Shown here piece by piece: positions 24,024-36,972 of a DNA stretch of 64,000 nt (its first letter is position 1; each line of letters begins with the position of its first letter). The stretch is taken from assembly GCA_964016885.1 (NCBI GenBank), contig OZ024740.1:221526001-221590000 (forward strand), read 5' to 3'. The notes under the pieces are model-generated. The model was not told the DNA's origin, searched no databases, and saw only the letters and a program-made list of their open reading frames with translations. This DNA comes from Eledone cirrhosa (lineage: Eukaryota). The position numbers were made by a program, and so were the translations under genes.

Positions 24024-24967
24024 GAAACTACATCCTTCCTTCTGGATCTCCGTTGTCTTCGAAGAGGAGTGTTCCACTTGTTGAAACTACATCACTCTTT
24101 CTGGACCTCCGTTGTCTTCGAAGAGGAGTGTTCCACTTGTTGAAACTACATCACTCTTTCTGGACCTCCGTTGTCTTCGAAGAGGAGTGTTCCACTTGTT
24201 GAAACTACATCACTCTTTCTGGACCTCCGTTGTCTTCGAAGAGGAGTGTTCCACTTGTTGAAACTACATCACTCTTTCTGGACCTCCGTTGTCTTCGAAG
24301 AGGAGTGTTCCACTTGTTGAAACTACATCACTCTTTCTGGACCTCCGTTGTCTTCGAAGAGGAGTGTTCCACTTGTTGAAACTACATCACTCTTTCTGGG
24401 CCTCTGTTGTCTTCGAAGAGGAGTGTTCCACTTGTTGAAACTACATCACTCTTTCTGGACCTCCGTTGTCTTCGAAGAGGAGTGTTCCACTTGTTGAAAC
24501 TACATCACTCTTTCTGGGCCTCCATTGTCTTCGAAGAGGAGTGTTCCACTTGTTGAAACTACATCACTCTTTCTGGACCTCCGTTGTCTTCGACGAGGAG
24601 TGTTCCAGTTGTTGAAACTACATCACTCTTTCTGGGCCTCCATTGTCTTCGACGAGGAGTATTCCAGTTGTTGAAATTACATCCTTCCTTCTGGACCTCC
24701 GTTGTCTTCGACGAGGAGTGTTCCAGTTGTTGAAACTACATCACTCTTTCTGGGCCTCCATTGTCTTCGAAGAGGAGTTTTCCAGTTGTTGAAACTACAT
24801 CACTCTTTTTGGGCCTCCATTGTCTTCGACGAGGAGTATTCCAGTTGTTGAAACTACATCCCTCTTTCTGGGCCTCCGTTGTCTTCGACGAGGAGTGTTC
24901 CAGTTGTTGAAATTACATCCTTCTTTCTGGACCTCCGTTGTCTTCGAAGAGGAGTGTTCCAGTTGTT
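24024..24967. repeat. 59-bp tandem repeat, ~16 copies
   Basis: Unit GAAACTACATCACTCTTTCTGGACCTCCGTTGTCTTCGAAGAGGAGTGTTCCACTTGTT; no spacers. Confidence 0.97.
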
Positions 24968-25100
24968 TGATCAACGGAACAGCCTGCTCATGAAATTAAC
25001 GTACTAAGTGGATGAACATTCTAGCGGCAGGTAATGTAACTCTCAGGGAGATTCAGCGTCACACTGTGTGACATGGCTGGCCGTTTGAATTACTGGTACA
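24930..25100 (+). mobile_element. Dispersed SINE-like repeat (family C) segment
   Basis: GATCAACGGAACAGCCTGCTC...GAAATTAAC...GTGTGACATGGCTGGC is homologous to 39050-39220 on the minus strand. Confidence 0.7.
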
Positions 25101-25119
25101 GTTCATGTAACCAATTTCA

Positions 25120-25395
25120 GTCTAATGTCTGAAGGCCCATCAGGCTTGTGATTTTCCCGATTTCCGTGGCGTTAAGCGACGGAAAATACAAGACTTCCTC
25201 TGGACAGGACACTAGTCCCATTGTAGAGTAAACCTCTAACTATTACTGGTACTAATTTTCAGCTAAATATACTGGAGCAACCGGAAACGAAGTGTTTTGC
25301 TCAGGAACACAACACACAACCCAGTCCAGGATTCGAATTCACGACATTATGATCGTTAGTCCAACACACTTACCACTAGGCCACACGCCTCCACA
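25120..25395 (-). mobile_element. tRNA-derived SINE family B (V-SINE-like core)
   Basis: The minus strand has A-box TGGCCTAGTGG, B-box-like ATTCGAATCC, and core TGTGTTCCTGAGCAAAACACTT. Confidence 0.7.
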
Positions 25396-25417
25396 ATTCC
25401 AATCAATCTGTGTAAAC

Positions 25418-25597
25418 AATTGTTTCTATTTTTGGCACCAAGCCAGCAAATATCCCAGTGGTACTTTATTTTATCGACCCCGTAAGGATGAAAGGTAAAG
25501 TTAACCTCGGCGAGATTTGAACTCAGAACATAAAAGACCGTAACTCTATGCTGCAAAGCATGACGTCCGACCCTCTACCGATACTACCAATCCACCG
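25418..25597 (-). mobile_element. SINE family A (short-tail form)
   Basis: Reverse complement of the 8708 copy with an internal tail deletion. Confidence 0.88.
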
Positions 25598-26420
25598 AAA
25601 TCACCTACAAAGCATGTGTCAACATGAAGCTGTAGTAAATGGAACTTGTTTTAAGGATCCTGAAGCGAACTTCTTAATCACTCGGCCATGTTGTGTCCAC
25701 TAGATCCTTCCATAACATTTGTGTAAATCAGTAAATTGTCAGAGTTTTTTGTCTGAGACATAATGCCTTGCAGTTTTTGTTGCCGTTTTCTGTGCAATGA
25801 ATTTCAAATTCCGCGGTGGTCAACTTTTCCTTTACTCATTTTAGCGTCAATAAAATAAAGTATCTGGACAAGGTAGTGGGTGGCCGAATTGTTACATCCA
25901 TCCATAACATTTATTTAAATTAGAGAGTTGGAAGGGTTTCTTTCTTAATGCCTTGCAATACTTTTACAGTATTGGGCGCTCTGTGTTTCAAATTTCGACT
26001 AGATTAGCAATAACTTTCACCATAACAGCGTTAGGCCAGACGGTTGTTTGGCGGAATTGGTAGTTCGTCAGACGAAATGAGATACCTTGTGGTATTTGTT
26101 CCGGTTTCTTTTATGTTGAATTTAGATCCAACAGTGGCACGAATTAACACTACCATCATCTGACCGTTGGGTGACTTTAGCGGAGTTCACTCTGTTGCAA
26201 ACATTTGCTCCAGGTCTCCATTTTGAAAATACTATCTCACCCTCTTTCTCCAGAAAAGCGCCACATTCTCTTTCTTCCCTGATTAAATAATACAAATAAA
26301 TACTACCAGCTTTAACACCACCAATTAATTATTAACTGCCTTTAGCGAAATCCAATCTGTTGCATGTATTCGTCAAGATCTCTAGTTTGAGAAGGTAAAT
26401 CCCCTCCCATCCACCCAATA

Positions 26421-26596
<176 letters not shown>

Positions 26597-27868
26597 CTAG
26601 CATTAAAGCCCGGCGTTGCTCGGGGTCAGTAAGTTACCAAAGTTAGGTTGCACCACCCATTTTATGGCAGCACTTTTTTGTCTGCCAGGCACTGGGTGAA
26701 TGAATTGCAGACCTGGACTGCCGAAGCAGGAGCTGCGCCAGCAGGGACAATTGTAGTTTCGCCTATGGATATTATCTCTGTGCAAAGAAGTGTTGAAATT
26801 TATTGTTTCACAGTACTTGCGCAACACGCGCATAGACGATGCCAGCCGAACAACAGAGCTGCGATGGAGTTGTTCTGCATGGTTGTCTAATGTGTTTTCT
26901 AAATTTAAGACAGTAGGGATGGCTGTGATATGGGGGAGAGTTAGCTGTTGTTTCTAGCAGGTTTAGTGACCTCATAGAGGATATGTTTTCTAAGTTTAAG
27001 ACAGTAGAGAGTGGTGTGATATGGGGGAGAGTTAGCTGCTGTTTCTAGCAGGTTTAGTGACCTCATAGAGGATATTATTGTGTATAGTAAATGAACTGAT
27101 ACTTCTTTCTTCCACGTTCGTTGATAGATGTTTTAAAAAAGATTTATCGCTATTTTTTTGTTGTTGAATAAATGTATCTGTTGCTTTTGAATAATTGTTG
27201 TTTCGTATGAAATGTAATAAGTTCTCTTTTTCATTGAAATAAATAAATGTTTGACCGTTCCACACTCAAAAACAAACGTTCTCTTTCTCTCCCTCTCACT
27301 CGCTCTCTCTCTCTTAAAGTTTGTAAGTTTAATCATCATCATCATCATTATCTATAAAAGGCAGATTGTTGTTGTTGTGTGTGTGTGTTTGTGCATGTTC
27401 CATGTTTATACATTTGCACAATTTCAAACCGATGCGACTCAAAGTCTGAAAGAATGTTGTAAATGGTCTAACTTATGTCAACGACTATTTATTTCATTCA
27501 AACTCACCCAAAATTACGGAAATAATCGATAAAACTAAATACATGACACTTTACAATACAATCAGATAACCTCTCTCTACTCCCCTTAAAATTCGATAAA
27601 ACTACAGACATGCTGCAACTTTCTCTGATGAAGGGGAGTAGAGAGAGGAAAATCTGATTGTATTAGAGGAGTAAAGCGTCATGTATTTAGTTTTATAGAT
27701 TATTTCCGTAATTGTGGGGTAGTTTGAATGAAATAAATAGTTGTTGACCTAAGTTAAAGCATTTACAACATTCGTACAGACGTTGAGTCGAATCGGTTTG
27801 TAATTGTGCAAATGTATAAACATGGAACATGCACACACACACAACAACAACAATCTGCCTTTTATAGA
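26597..27868 (-). mobile_element. Putative non-autonomous Helitron
   Basis: The minus strand begins A|TCTATAAAAGGCAG at 27868. It ends with hairpin CCCGAGCAACGCCGGG, a short spacer, then CTAG|T at 26597. That both ends belong to one element is inferred. Confidence 0.6.
27351..27868. repeat. Large imperfect inverted repeat (~235 bp arms) of the Helitron-like 5' end
   Basis: 27351-27587 is the reverse complement of about 27631-27868. Confidence 0.9.
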
Positions 27869-27869
27869 T

Positions 27870-28035
27870 AATTGTTTCTACTTTAGGCACAAGTCCACCA
27901 ATTACCCAGTGCATTACTGGTACTTTACTTTATCGACCCCGTAAGGATGAAAGGCAAAGACAACCTCGGCGGGATTTGAACTCAGATCGTAAAGGGACAT
28001 AACTATGCTAGAAAGCATGGCGTTCGACCCTCTAT
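27870..28035 (-). mobile_element. SINE family A (short-tail form)
   Basis: Homology to the other copies. Confidence 0.88.
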
Positions 28036-28176
28036 ATATTATCTATAAAAGGCAGTGGATTGGCAGTATATATATATATTTAGTTTCTGAATTTGTTTAG
28101 CAAGATTCTTTATCTGAAATCGTGTGTTGAAACCGATATTGTTATACTTATTGGCAGCATGACCCTCCCAAAGTAT

Positions 28177-28263
<87 letters not shown>

Positions 28264-28271
28264 TATATGTA

Positions 28272-28362
<91 letters not shown>

Positions 28363-28517
28363 CTATCTGGTTGTGGAACCAACCAACCAACCAGAAATTT
28401 ATAAATTTATAAATTTATTATAAATATATTATAATAAATTGAAGTGAAAGCAACTGGTGCGTGTGTTTCTTATTGGCAACATGACCCTCCCAAAGTATAA
28501 CGATATATATATATATA

Positions 28518-28992
28518 GACGGAAAAAATGAAACGAAATTTCATTTCTCACTCTTAGTACGGCTGTTACTTAAATATAAGTATGTATACGTACATACATA
28601 TATGTATAGAGACGTACTGTAGTATGTATATATATATATATACATACATGCACACGTATATATATATGTGTACGTATGGATTCACCGAACATTTATTATA
28701 ATGCTCGGTGTGTTTGTAAACAAAATACCGAATTAAGCCGTACAGTGTCTAGCAACCATCGTTGCTCATTTGTTCAAGTGGCAGGAAGGTATACGTTGCT
28801 GACGATAGCTAGTAAGTTTGAAACTAGTACAGCGTTCCTTTGTCCCTAATTCGGGATGTTTGTTTACAAACACACCGAGCATTATAATAAATATTCGGTG
28901 AATCCATACGTACATATATATATATGTGTGCATGTATGTGTATATACATACGACTGTACGTCTGTATACATATATGTATGTATACGTACATA

Positions 28993-28995
<3 letters not shown>
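28518..28995. mobile_element. Hammerhead-containing inverted-repeat element (copy 1)
   Basis: Arms at about 28573-28776 and 28850-28993 are inverted; same family as 31558-32130. Confidence 0.8.
28793..28835 (+). ncRNA. Minimal type I hammerhead ribozyme motif
   Basis: ACGUUG-CUGACGA-UAGCU-AGUA-AGUUU-GAAA-CUAG-UA/CAGCGU; palindromic stem III ACUAGU; GUA triplet. Confidence 0.85.
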
Positions 28996-29037
<42 letters not shown>

Positions 29038-29041
<4 letters not shown>

Positions 29042-30770
29042 ATAATAAAATTTGAACCCTAAAATCCAAAGAGGGCTCGATAAGGATAAATATATATCAA
29101 ATATGTAAGAACCGTAGAGCAAATATTTATTAAAATAACAGATTAAAGTTTAAGCAAAGAATCGCTGCTTTCACCCTTAACGGGATCTTCTGAAATTAAC
29201 AAAGTCAATCTGTGAACGCAGAAGTGAATATTTCAAAAAACGTTGCAACCGGAGTAAGACAGGAAGACAATACTTTGGTTCGTGGAAACGTTCCCTGGCA
29301 AAGAACGAAAAAAAAAACGAAGATAATACGTCATTATTTGGACCGGTGAAAACAATTACGCGGAAAGACAAAACCACGTTTATAGTATAAATGAAGTCGT
29401 AAACTAATATTCTATTAGGTGGTTCATGGAGACGTTCTCTGGCAATGAACGGAAAAAACGAAGATAATACGTCATTATGTGGAGCGGAGAGAACAATTAC
29501 ACGCAAAGACAAAACCACGTAAATGGTATAACTGAAGTCGTAGACTAAAATTCCATCTAGGAAACCGAATGATACTCGGCTTCAGAGTTAAGACTAAAGT
29601 AAATAAAATACAGAGGTAATCGAAATTAAATATATACATACACGCATCCATGTACGTACATACACAAGCATACGCGAAAACACTCGCCATGGGTATACCA
29701 ATACAAGCACGTACACAAAAAACCCACACGCCTATACAGAACCCACACAACGCCTGTACCCGCACACATACGAACGAATACACCAAATACACATAAAATA
29801 TATATAAAATAAATATATATATATATGTGTGTGTGTGCGCGTGTATACATATAATTAAATAAACGTATATAAATAAATAAATACGTATATAACGCGCGCA
29901 CACACACATACCTACATGTAAAAATACGTATGTTCGCAGACTTATGTCAACCAAAACACAAAGTACACACATACACACACCCTACATACATACGAACCCG
30001 CATACTCACACAGACGCAAACTCACGTATACACATAACCAAATGCACATGTACCAGAATATATAATATATTATATACGCCATAACATATACAAGCAAATA
30101 TACTTACAAGAAAGTATACGTACCTTCACAAAACATACAGGTAATATATACTTACCTATACAAATAAGTAATGGTATAAACATAACATATACTTAGCTAC
30201 CACATCAAGACGTAAAATATCCGCGTATAGTTCGTACTATCCGTTAGGGTATAATGTAGGGCTGTAATACAGGAAGGTTTTGTTCAATTTATGTTTACAA
30301 GCCGAAATTGCCTCAGATTTTTTGTTTAAGATGTCGTCTTTGGCGCTGAGTATTTCCAAGGCCTCAGCGGCGCAGAGGTCACATGGTCTTTTATTTCCAT
30401 TATACGATCTAGCCCTAGCTAGGATCTCCCAGTGTAACTTATATTGGGTGTGGTTGTCTTTTACACTCCAGATATAAGCGGAAAGTGACGTCATATTTCT
30501 TCATAAAGGATTAAGAAAAGAATGGGTATGCATGTAAATACGCTGCTTGAATCTATTGGCGGTTAACCCTATGTAGGCCCTACGGGACGTGGGTGTTTCA
30601 ACCTTACATTTGTAGATAATGTTACTAGAGAGGCATTTCCCGGATAGGGGGCAGTCAACCCGATTTCTACAATTACAGTTATATATATGACGTTGTTGAA
30701 AAGAGCAGTGCCTTTGACGTTGCAATAAAAACTGGAGACAAAATTCTTTCTGTACCAAAACCAAGACACA
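29038..30770 (-). mobile_element. 3' part of a Penelope-like element (GIY-YIG endonuclease + 3' UTR/pLTR)
   Basis: CNCRNRVDCPLSGKCLSSNIIYKCKV...AYIGLTANRFKQR...H...TSLSAYIW...WEIL...CDLCAAE...ILNKKSE (frameshifted). Hammerhead-like motif and AATAAA near the 3' end. Confidence 0.88.
29147..29197 (-). ncRNA. Hammerhead-like motif with variant core CAGAAGA
   Basis: AAUUU-CAGAAGA-UCCC-GUUAA-GGGU-GAAA-GCA-GCGAUUCUU-UGC-UU/AAACU. Confidence 0.6.
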
Positions 30771-30775
30771 AGTTT

Positions 30776-30852
<77 letters not shown>

Positions 30853-31557
30853 CGCGTTTATGTGTGTGCGTGTGTGTGTATCTATCTATGTATATATATA
30901 TAAGGGATACAGATAATGCTTTCTCACTGTCACCAAGCTTCTCAATTCATTCGTTGCTACTAAGTATTCTATTTTGCTACGAGCTATTTTATTTTGCAAG
31001 GTACTATTTTCCCCCTGAGTTTGTGATTTCAGAGAAAGGTAAGAAATTCTTCATATTTTGCATATTTTGTATTTTGACTTCACAGTTTAAATTGTAGAAT
31101 TGTCTATCCACTCAAAATATTACAACAGCTAATAGTGAAATATAGAATAAAAAAAAAAAGCTTTTTCAACTGAGATCAAATCTTTGAGAACATTCACGTC
31201 TACTTTTCAAAAACATATAATTTGAAATAGTTTGCTTTTTTGTATTTAATTCGTACGAGTATTTTTTTTAAAGATTCTAACACGACTTGATTTGGCCCAG
31301 TGATCTACTGATATCAAAATCAGTAGTATATTGAAAAATGGAAAAATAGGGTTTGGCCGAAATGGATTCAGAACCTTTGATCTAAATATACCCTGAAATA
31401 TAAGGTAAAAGTGTAAAACATTGTTTTGTTTTTCTCACTTTACTCTTATCTTGTATTTCTAATTGGCGTTGTACTGTCTTTCCTCAAACAACCATAACCA
31501 CATATCTCATAATGATCCATATACACGATACAGCTTTATAAATAAATGTATTACAAC

Positions 31558-32130
31558 AAATATAAGTATGTATACGTACATACATATATGTATACAGACG
31601 TACAGTAGTATGTATATATATATACATACATGCACACATATATATATATATGTACGTATGGATTCACCGAACATTTATTATAATGCTCGGTGTGTTTGTA
31701 AACAAACATCCCGTATTAAGCCGTAGTGTCCAGCAACCATCGTTGCTCGTTTGTTCAGCACTGACAAAGGAACGCTGTACCAGTTTCAAGCCTATTAGCT
31801 ATCGTCAGCAACGTATACCTTCCTGCCAGATGATTGAACGTCCGAAAGTATATACTTTCCCTATGCATATTAACGGCTGAACAAACGAGCAACGATGGTT
31901 GCTGGACACTACGGCTTAATACGGGATGTTTGTTTACAAACACACCGAGCATTATAATAAATGTTCGGTGAATCCATACGTACATATATATATGTGTGCA
32001 TGTATGTATATATATATATACATACTACTGTACGTCTGTATACATATATGTATGTACGTATACATACTTATATTTAAGTAACAGCCGTACTAAGAGTGGG
32101 ACATGAAATTTCGCTTCATTTTTTCCGTTT
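31558..32130. mobile_element. Hammerhead-containing inverted-repeat element (copy 2)
   Basis: About 200 bp near-perfect inverted arms at 31558-31759 and 31876-32073. Confidence 0.85.
31772..31814 (-). ncRNA. Minimal type I hammerhead ribozyme motif
   Basis: ACGUUG-CUGACGA-UAGCU-AAUA-GGCUU-GAAA-CUGG-UA/CAGCGU. Confidence 0.82.
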
Positions 32131-32538
32131 ATTACAACAGTTTTGCTAAATATACATATCCTTCCTGCTTAGCACTACTCATATAATATATTCAGATAAA
32201 ATTCAACATTTCGATTTTCAACGATCAATTTTCAGTCAACTTTTCAGCTATAAATTCTAATAGTCAATATAGAAAAGATTGATTCGATCTGGCATTTCCC
32301 CCATTTCTGTCAAGATGATATGATTTAATCTTCAATAAACATACTTTAGTACACTTTAGTACACTTTAGTACACTTTAGTAGCGTCTCAATGTTTATATA
32401 GAACAGCAATTCACAAACCTATAACCGTGCTCGTTATATACACATGTAATGCAAACACACAGACATATAACTATGTACGTACATATACAGACACACGCAC
32501 AAATCATATATGCGCAGATGCAAACATTCACATACACA

Positions 32539-32573
<35 letters not shown>

Positions 32574-32603
32574 ACACTCACACACTCACACAGACATATA
32601 TAC

Positions 32604-32653
<50 letters not shown>

Positions 32654-33774
32654 GCATATGTATATTATATATATATGTAACACTAAATTCAGCATCTATA
32701 ATTAAATCAAATGAAACGTGTATGTGGGTATATTTATATATATATATATATATGGGTATACTCACGCGTGTCTGTGAGCACGAAACTGACAAAGAAACAG
32801 ATAGTAAGATTCACCAATCTCTTTAAGATTAATCGATGTAAACAATATTTGTTTGAGAATCTAGAATGGGGAGGGCCTGGAGTGGCTGACTGGAAGACTG
32901 ATTTATTGGCATATCTAGAATAAAATACACGTTTCTATTATTGGAAACGAAAGACCAGTATGGTGAATGAAGTTTTTCTTTCCATGCAATTTTCTGAAAG
33001 GGTGTTGAGTTGAGTTTTGTGGTGTAAGTATGTTATTCTCTACCTAGACATCTGTTACGAATACTTGAAACGGTGTTGTAAATGAAGAAACGGATTAAGT
33101 CTACTCTAATGAAGGCCATAACGGGATTTTAAATTCAAAACACAAAGTACCGGAAAATACATCCAGGGATCTGGTCTCACATTCTAACAATTTCGATACG
33201 CCACGGTCATAGACTGGGAGTTGATTTTATCGATCGTGATCAAATAAAGTTGGATTTGGTAGGGTTTGACAGAACGCAGAGAAAAAATGCTGCAATCAGT
33301 TTGTTCTTCGTCCCTATTGACTCTGTGAATTCAGCACGTTCACGATATATATATTTTCCATGCTGCTAGTATGATGGTGTGCAGTGAACCTTTGAGAGTT
33401 TTATTATTAGAAATTAATAAAATGAGGCGGCAAATGGGCAGGGTCGTCAGAACGTCGGATAGAATGAGTTGCGTTATTCGTTCCAGCTTTCAGTGCTCTG
33501 AGTTTAAGCTGTGAACCGAGTTGAAGTCCCGCCGAGGTCAAACTGCCTTTTATGCTTTCCTGATTAATAAAAAATGTACCAGTCCAATTGAGGCGTCGAT
33601 TTTTCCTCCATTTTTTCTCACATTCTCGCTCTCTCACACACATATATTGTCTCTCTTGTGTGGGATTAAAAATGTTCAAGACACGCCGTATGTCCTTACA
33701 GTGTCGCTAAGACTCCATCAAGCGTTGCTGGTCCATATATAAAAACAAGATAAATAAAATAAGATAAATAATGA

Positions 33775-33958
33775 ATAATTGTTTCTACTTTTGGCACAAG
33801 GCCAGCAATTGTCCCAGTGTATTACTGGTACTTTATTTTATCGACCCCGTAAGGATGAAAGGCAAAGTTAACCTCGGCGGGATTTGAACTCAGACCATAA
33901 AGGGCCGTAACTCTATGCTGGAAAACATGGCGTCTGACTCTCTACCGATACTGCCAAT
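33775..33958 (-). mobile_element. SINE family A (short-tail form)
   Basis: Homology to the other copies. Confidence 0.88.
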
Positions 33959-33989
33959 GTCGGTCGCTCTTTTTTAGGTTTGTTGTCGA

Positions 33990-34185
33990 ATTTGTGACGG
34001 TAAAAACACCCAGTGGTTTTTGCCACCCCCCCACCCTCCAGACCACATTTATGCTCACTCACTACTATCAGAGCTGAGTTGGCTACACGCAACAGTAAAT
34101 CATTCGAATTGGAATGGCGATTCCAACGCATCTCTCTCAAAATCTTCCGGAACAATGTATTTTCCATTCTATTCGCTGGGATCGC
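33990..34185 (-). repeat. Unclassified dispersed repeat (second copy at about 38480-38620, +)
   Basis: Shared AGAATGGA.AATA....CCGGA.GA..TTGAG.GAGATGCG.TGGAA..GCCA.TTCC segment. Confidence 0.55.
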
Positions 34186-34492
34186 CAAGTGATATACACA
34201 TGGGCACCCACACTCCAAAGAATGTTTCCATCTGGGCCCGCATCACTGACATAATCACTACACATTAGTCAATATATCGATTTACCATGATCAACCAGCC
34301 CTATGAAACTATCTTAAAACAAGGAACTAATTAACAACCTATCATCGACTTTGGTATATTTTCATTGTTCAATACACAAACACACACACACGCACACGCA
34401 CACACAAACACACACATATATATGTGTGTATACATATATATATGTATATATGTATATATATGCATGCATATATATATATATTACACACACAC

Positions 34493-34560
<68 letters not shown>

Positions 34561-34607
34561 GATATACACACACACAAATGTATGTATATATATATATATA
34601 TATATCT

Positions 34608-34691
<84 letters not shown>

Positions 34692-34704
34692 TTAATATAG
34701 ATGA

Positions 34705-34753
34705 GATTCTACATGACTAGAACTGTTTCATTCTTTAGAAATCATCAGGAATC
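34705..34753 (-). ncRNA. Type I hammerhead motif (one stem III mismatch)
   Basis: GAUUC-CUGAUGA-UUUCUAAAGAAU-GAAA-CAGUUCUAGUCAUG-UA/GAAUC. Confidence 0.72.
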
Positions 34754-34759
34754 ATCAGA

Positions 34760-34808
34760 GATTCCTGATGATTTCTAAAGAATGAAACAGTTCTAGTCCT
34801 GTAGAATC
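34760..34808 (+). ncRNA. Type I hammerhead ribozyme motif
   Basis: GAUUC-CUGAUGA-UUUC-UAAA-GAAU-GAAA-CAG-UUCUAGUC-CUG-UA/GAAUC. Part of the palindrome 34689-34824 between (TA)n tracts. Confidence 0.82.
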
Positions 34809-34894
34809 TCATCTATATTAAAACGTTTATACTCTGCAATGTATTGAGTACCTTACTTACTGTGGTTACCTCCGATTCAACCCGGAATAACGTA

Positions 34895-34973
<79 letters not shown>

Positions 34974-35169
34974 ATATATATGTATAAAGATGTTTGAAGC
35001 CATATTAGACAGCTGTGGAGATAGCAAAGATTGATACATTGTCGTAATTTATAAAACAGACTTTACTGCTTCTAAACATTTTTTTTCCTTCAGTTTTCTT
35101 CTTTAGCCTTGGAGCAGTGAGTGAGAATTTAGTGATGCATTATAGTTTCTTATGTAACAAATGGATCGT

Positions 35170-35352
35170 CAACAACAACAACAACAACAACAACAACGAA
35201 AGCAGCAAGATCAACAATGCTAAAATGACATTATTATCATCATCATCAACGACTACAGCAACTAGAACAAAAACATCATTAAGTAGAACACCAGTGACAC
35301 CATGAACACCAGCAACAGCAGCAACAGCAACAACAACAACAACAACAACAGC

Positions 35353-35385
<33 letters not shown>

Positions 35386-36088
35386 AGTAGCAGAAACAAC
35401 GGCTATAACAAGAACAGCAAAAAACAAAGGCTGCAAAAGCAACAATATTACAATAACATCATCATCCTCATCAACGACAGCAACAACAACAATACCAACA
35501 ATAACAAGAACAACAACAATAACAGCAATAACAACAATAACATCCACAACAACAATAAGAACAATAAGAACAATAAGAACAATAAGAACAATAACAACAA
35601 CAACAACAACAACAACAACAATAACAGCAACAACAACAATAACAACAATAACAACAATAACAACAATAACAACAATAACAACAACAACAGCAATAACAAC
35701 AATAACAACAATAACAACAATAACAGCAATAACAACAATAAGAACAAAAACAACAATAACAACAACAACAACAATAAAAGCAACAACAACAATAACAACA
35801 ATAACAACAATAACAGTAATAACAACAATAACAACAATAACAACAATAACAACAACAACAACAACAACAATAACAGCAACAACAACAATAACAAAAACAA
35901 CAATAACAAAAATAACAGCAATAACAACAATAACAACAATAACAACAACAACAATAACAACAACAACAATAACAACAATAACAACAACAATAACAACAAT
36001 AACAACAACATCAACAACACAACAACTGCAATAACAAAAACAACAACTGTAACAAACTCAAGCAAATCAATTTCTAAAATGCCGAGAG

Positions 36089-36125
<37 letters not shown>
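35170..36125. repeat. (AAC/AAT)n trinucleotide tract
   Basis: Direct reading. Confidence 0.95.
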
Positions 36126-36259
36126 GGGAGCTTTAAAGATGTGATTTTACTTTTTATGTTATTTTTTTCACTATGACGTCATATTTAGTTTAATTTCCTA
36201 ATGAGTTTAATTAGGAAGTCGAAATTGAAAATTAAAGGAAAACTTAAAAATAAAATTAC

Positions 36260-36440
36260 GTGTGCCCGTACGAGTGCGTGCGTGCATTTATATATGTTAG
36301 TACGCGCGTGTGTGTATATGTGTATATATGTGCACACGTGTGCGTCTATGTGTAGGTGTATATATGTATATGTGTATGTGTACATATGTATATGTGTACG
36401 GGTATGTGTATATATATGTGTATATATGTGTATGTATATG

Positions 36441-36502
<62 letters not shown>

Positions 36503-36567
36503 TGCGTGTGCGTGTATACAGGTGAATGCGTATGTGTATATATGCGTATATGCGTATATATATGTGC

Positions 36568-36652
<85 letters not shown>

Positions 36653-36972
36653 TATATATATATATATAAGTATATATATATATATATATATATACTTATA
36701 TATATATATGCACATATATATACGCATATACGCATATATACACATACGCATTCACATGTATATATATATATATATATATACGTATATATGCATATGTGTG
36801 TGTCTGTGTGCATGTATGTGTATATGTGTATATGTGAGTGTGTGTGTGTGTCTGTGTGCATTTATATTTATATGTACATGTGTATGTGTGTATATGTGTA
36901 TCTGCATATGTGTATGTGTGTATGTGTGTATAAGTGTATCTGCATATGTGTATGTGTGTGTATGTGTGTGTA
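36260..36972. repeat. (TA)/(TG) compound microsatellite
   Basis: Direct reading. Confidence 0.93.

Noticed and set aside
24024-24967. CRISPR-like regular array
   Set aside because: Units are contiguous 59-mers with no unique spacers, there are no cas genes, and the context is eukaryotic.
35302-36144. Poly-Asn/Gln ORF
   Set aside because: (AAC/AAT)n tract with no domain or splice evidence.
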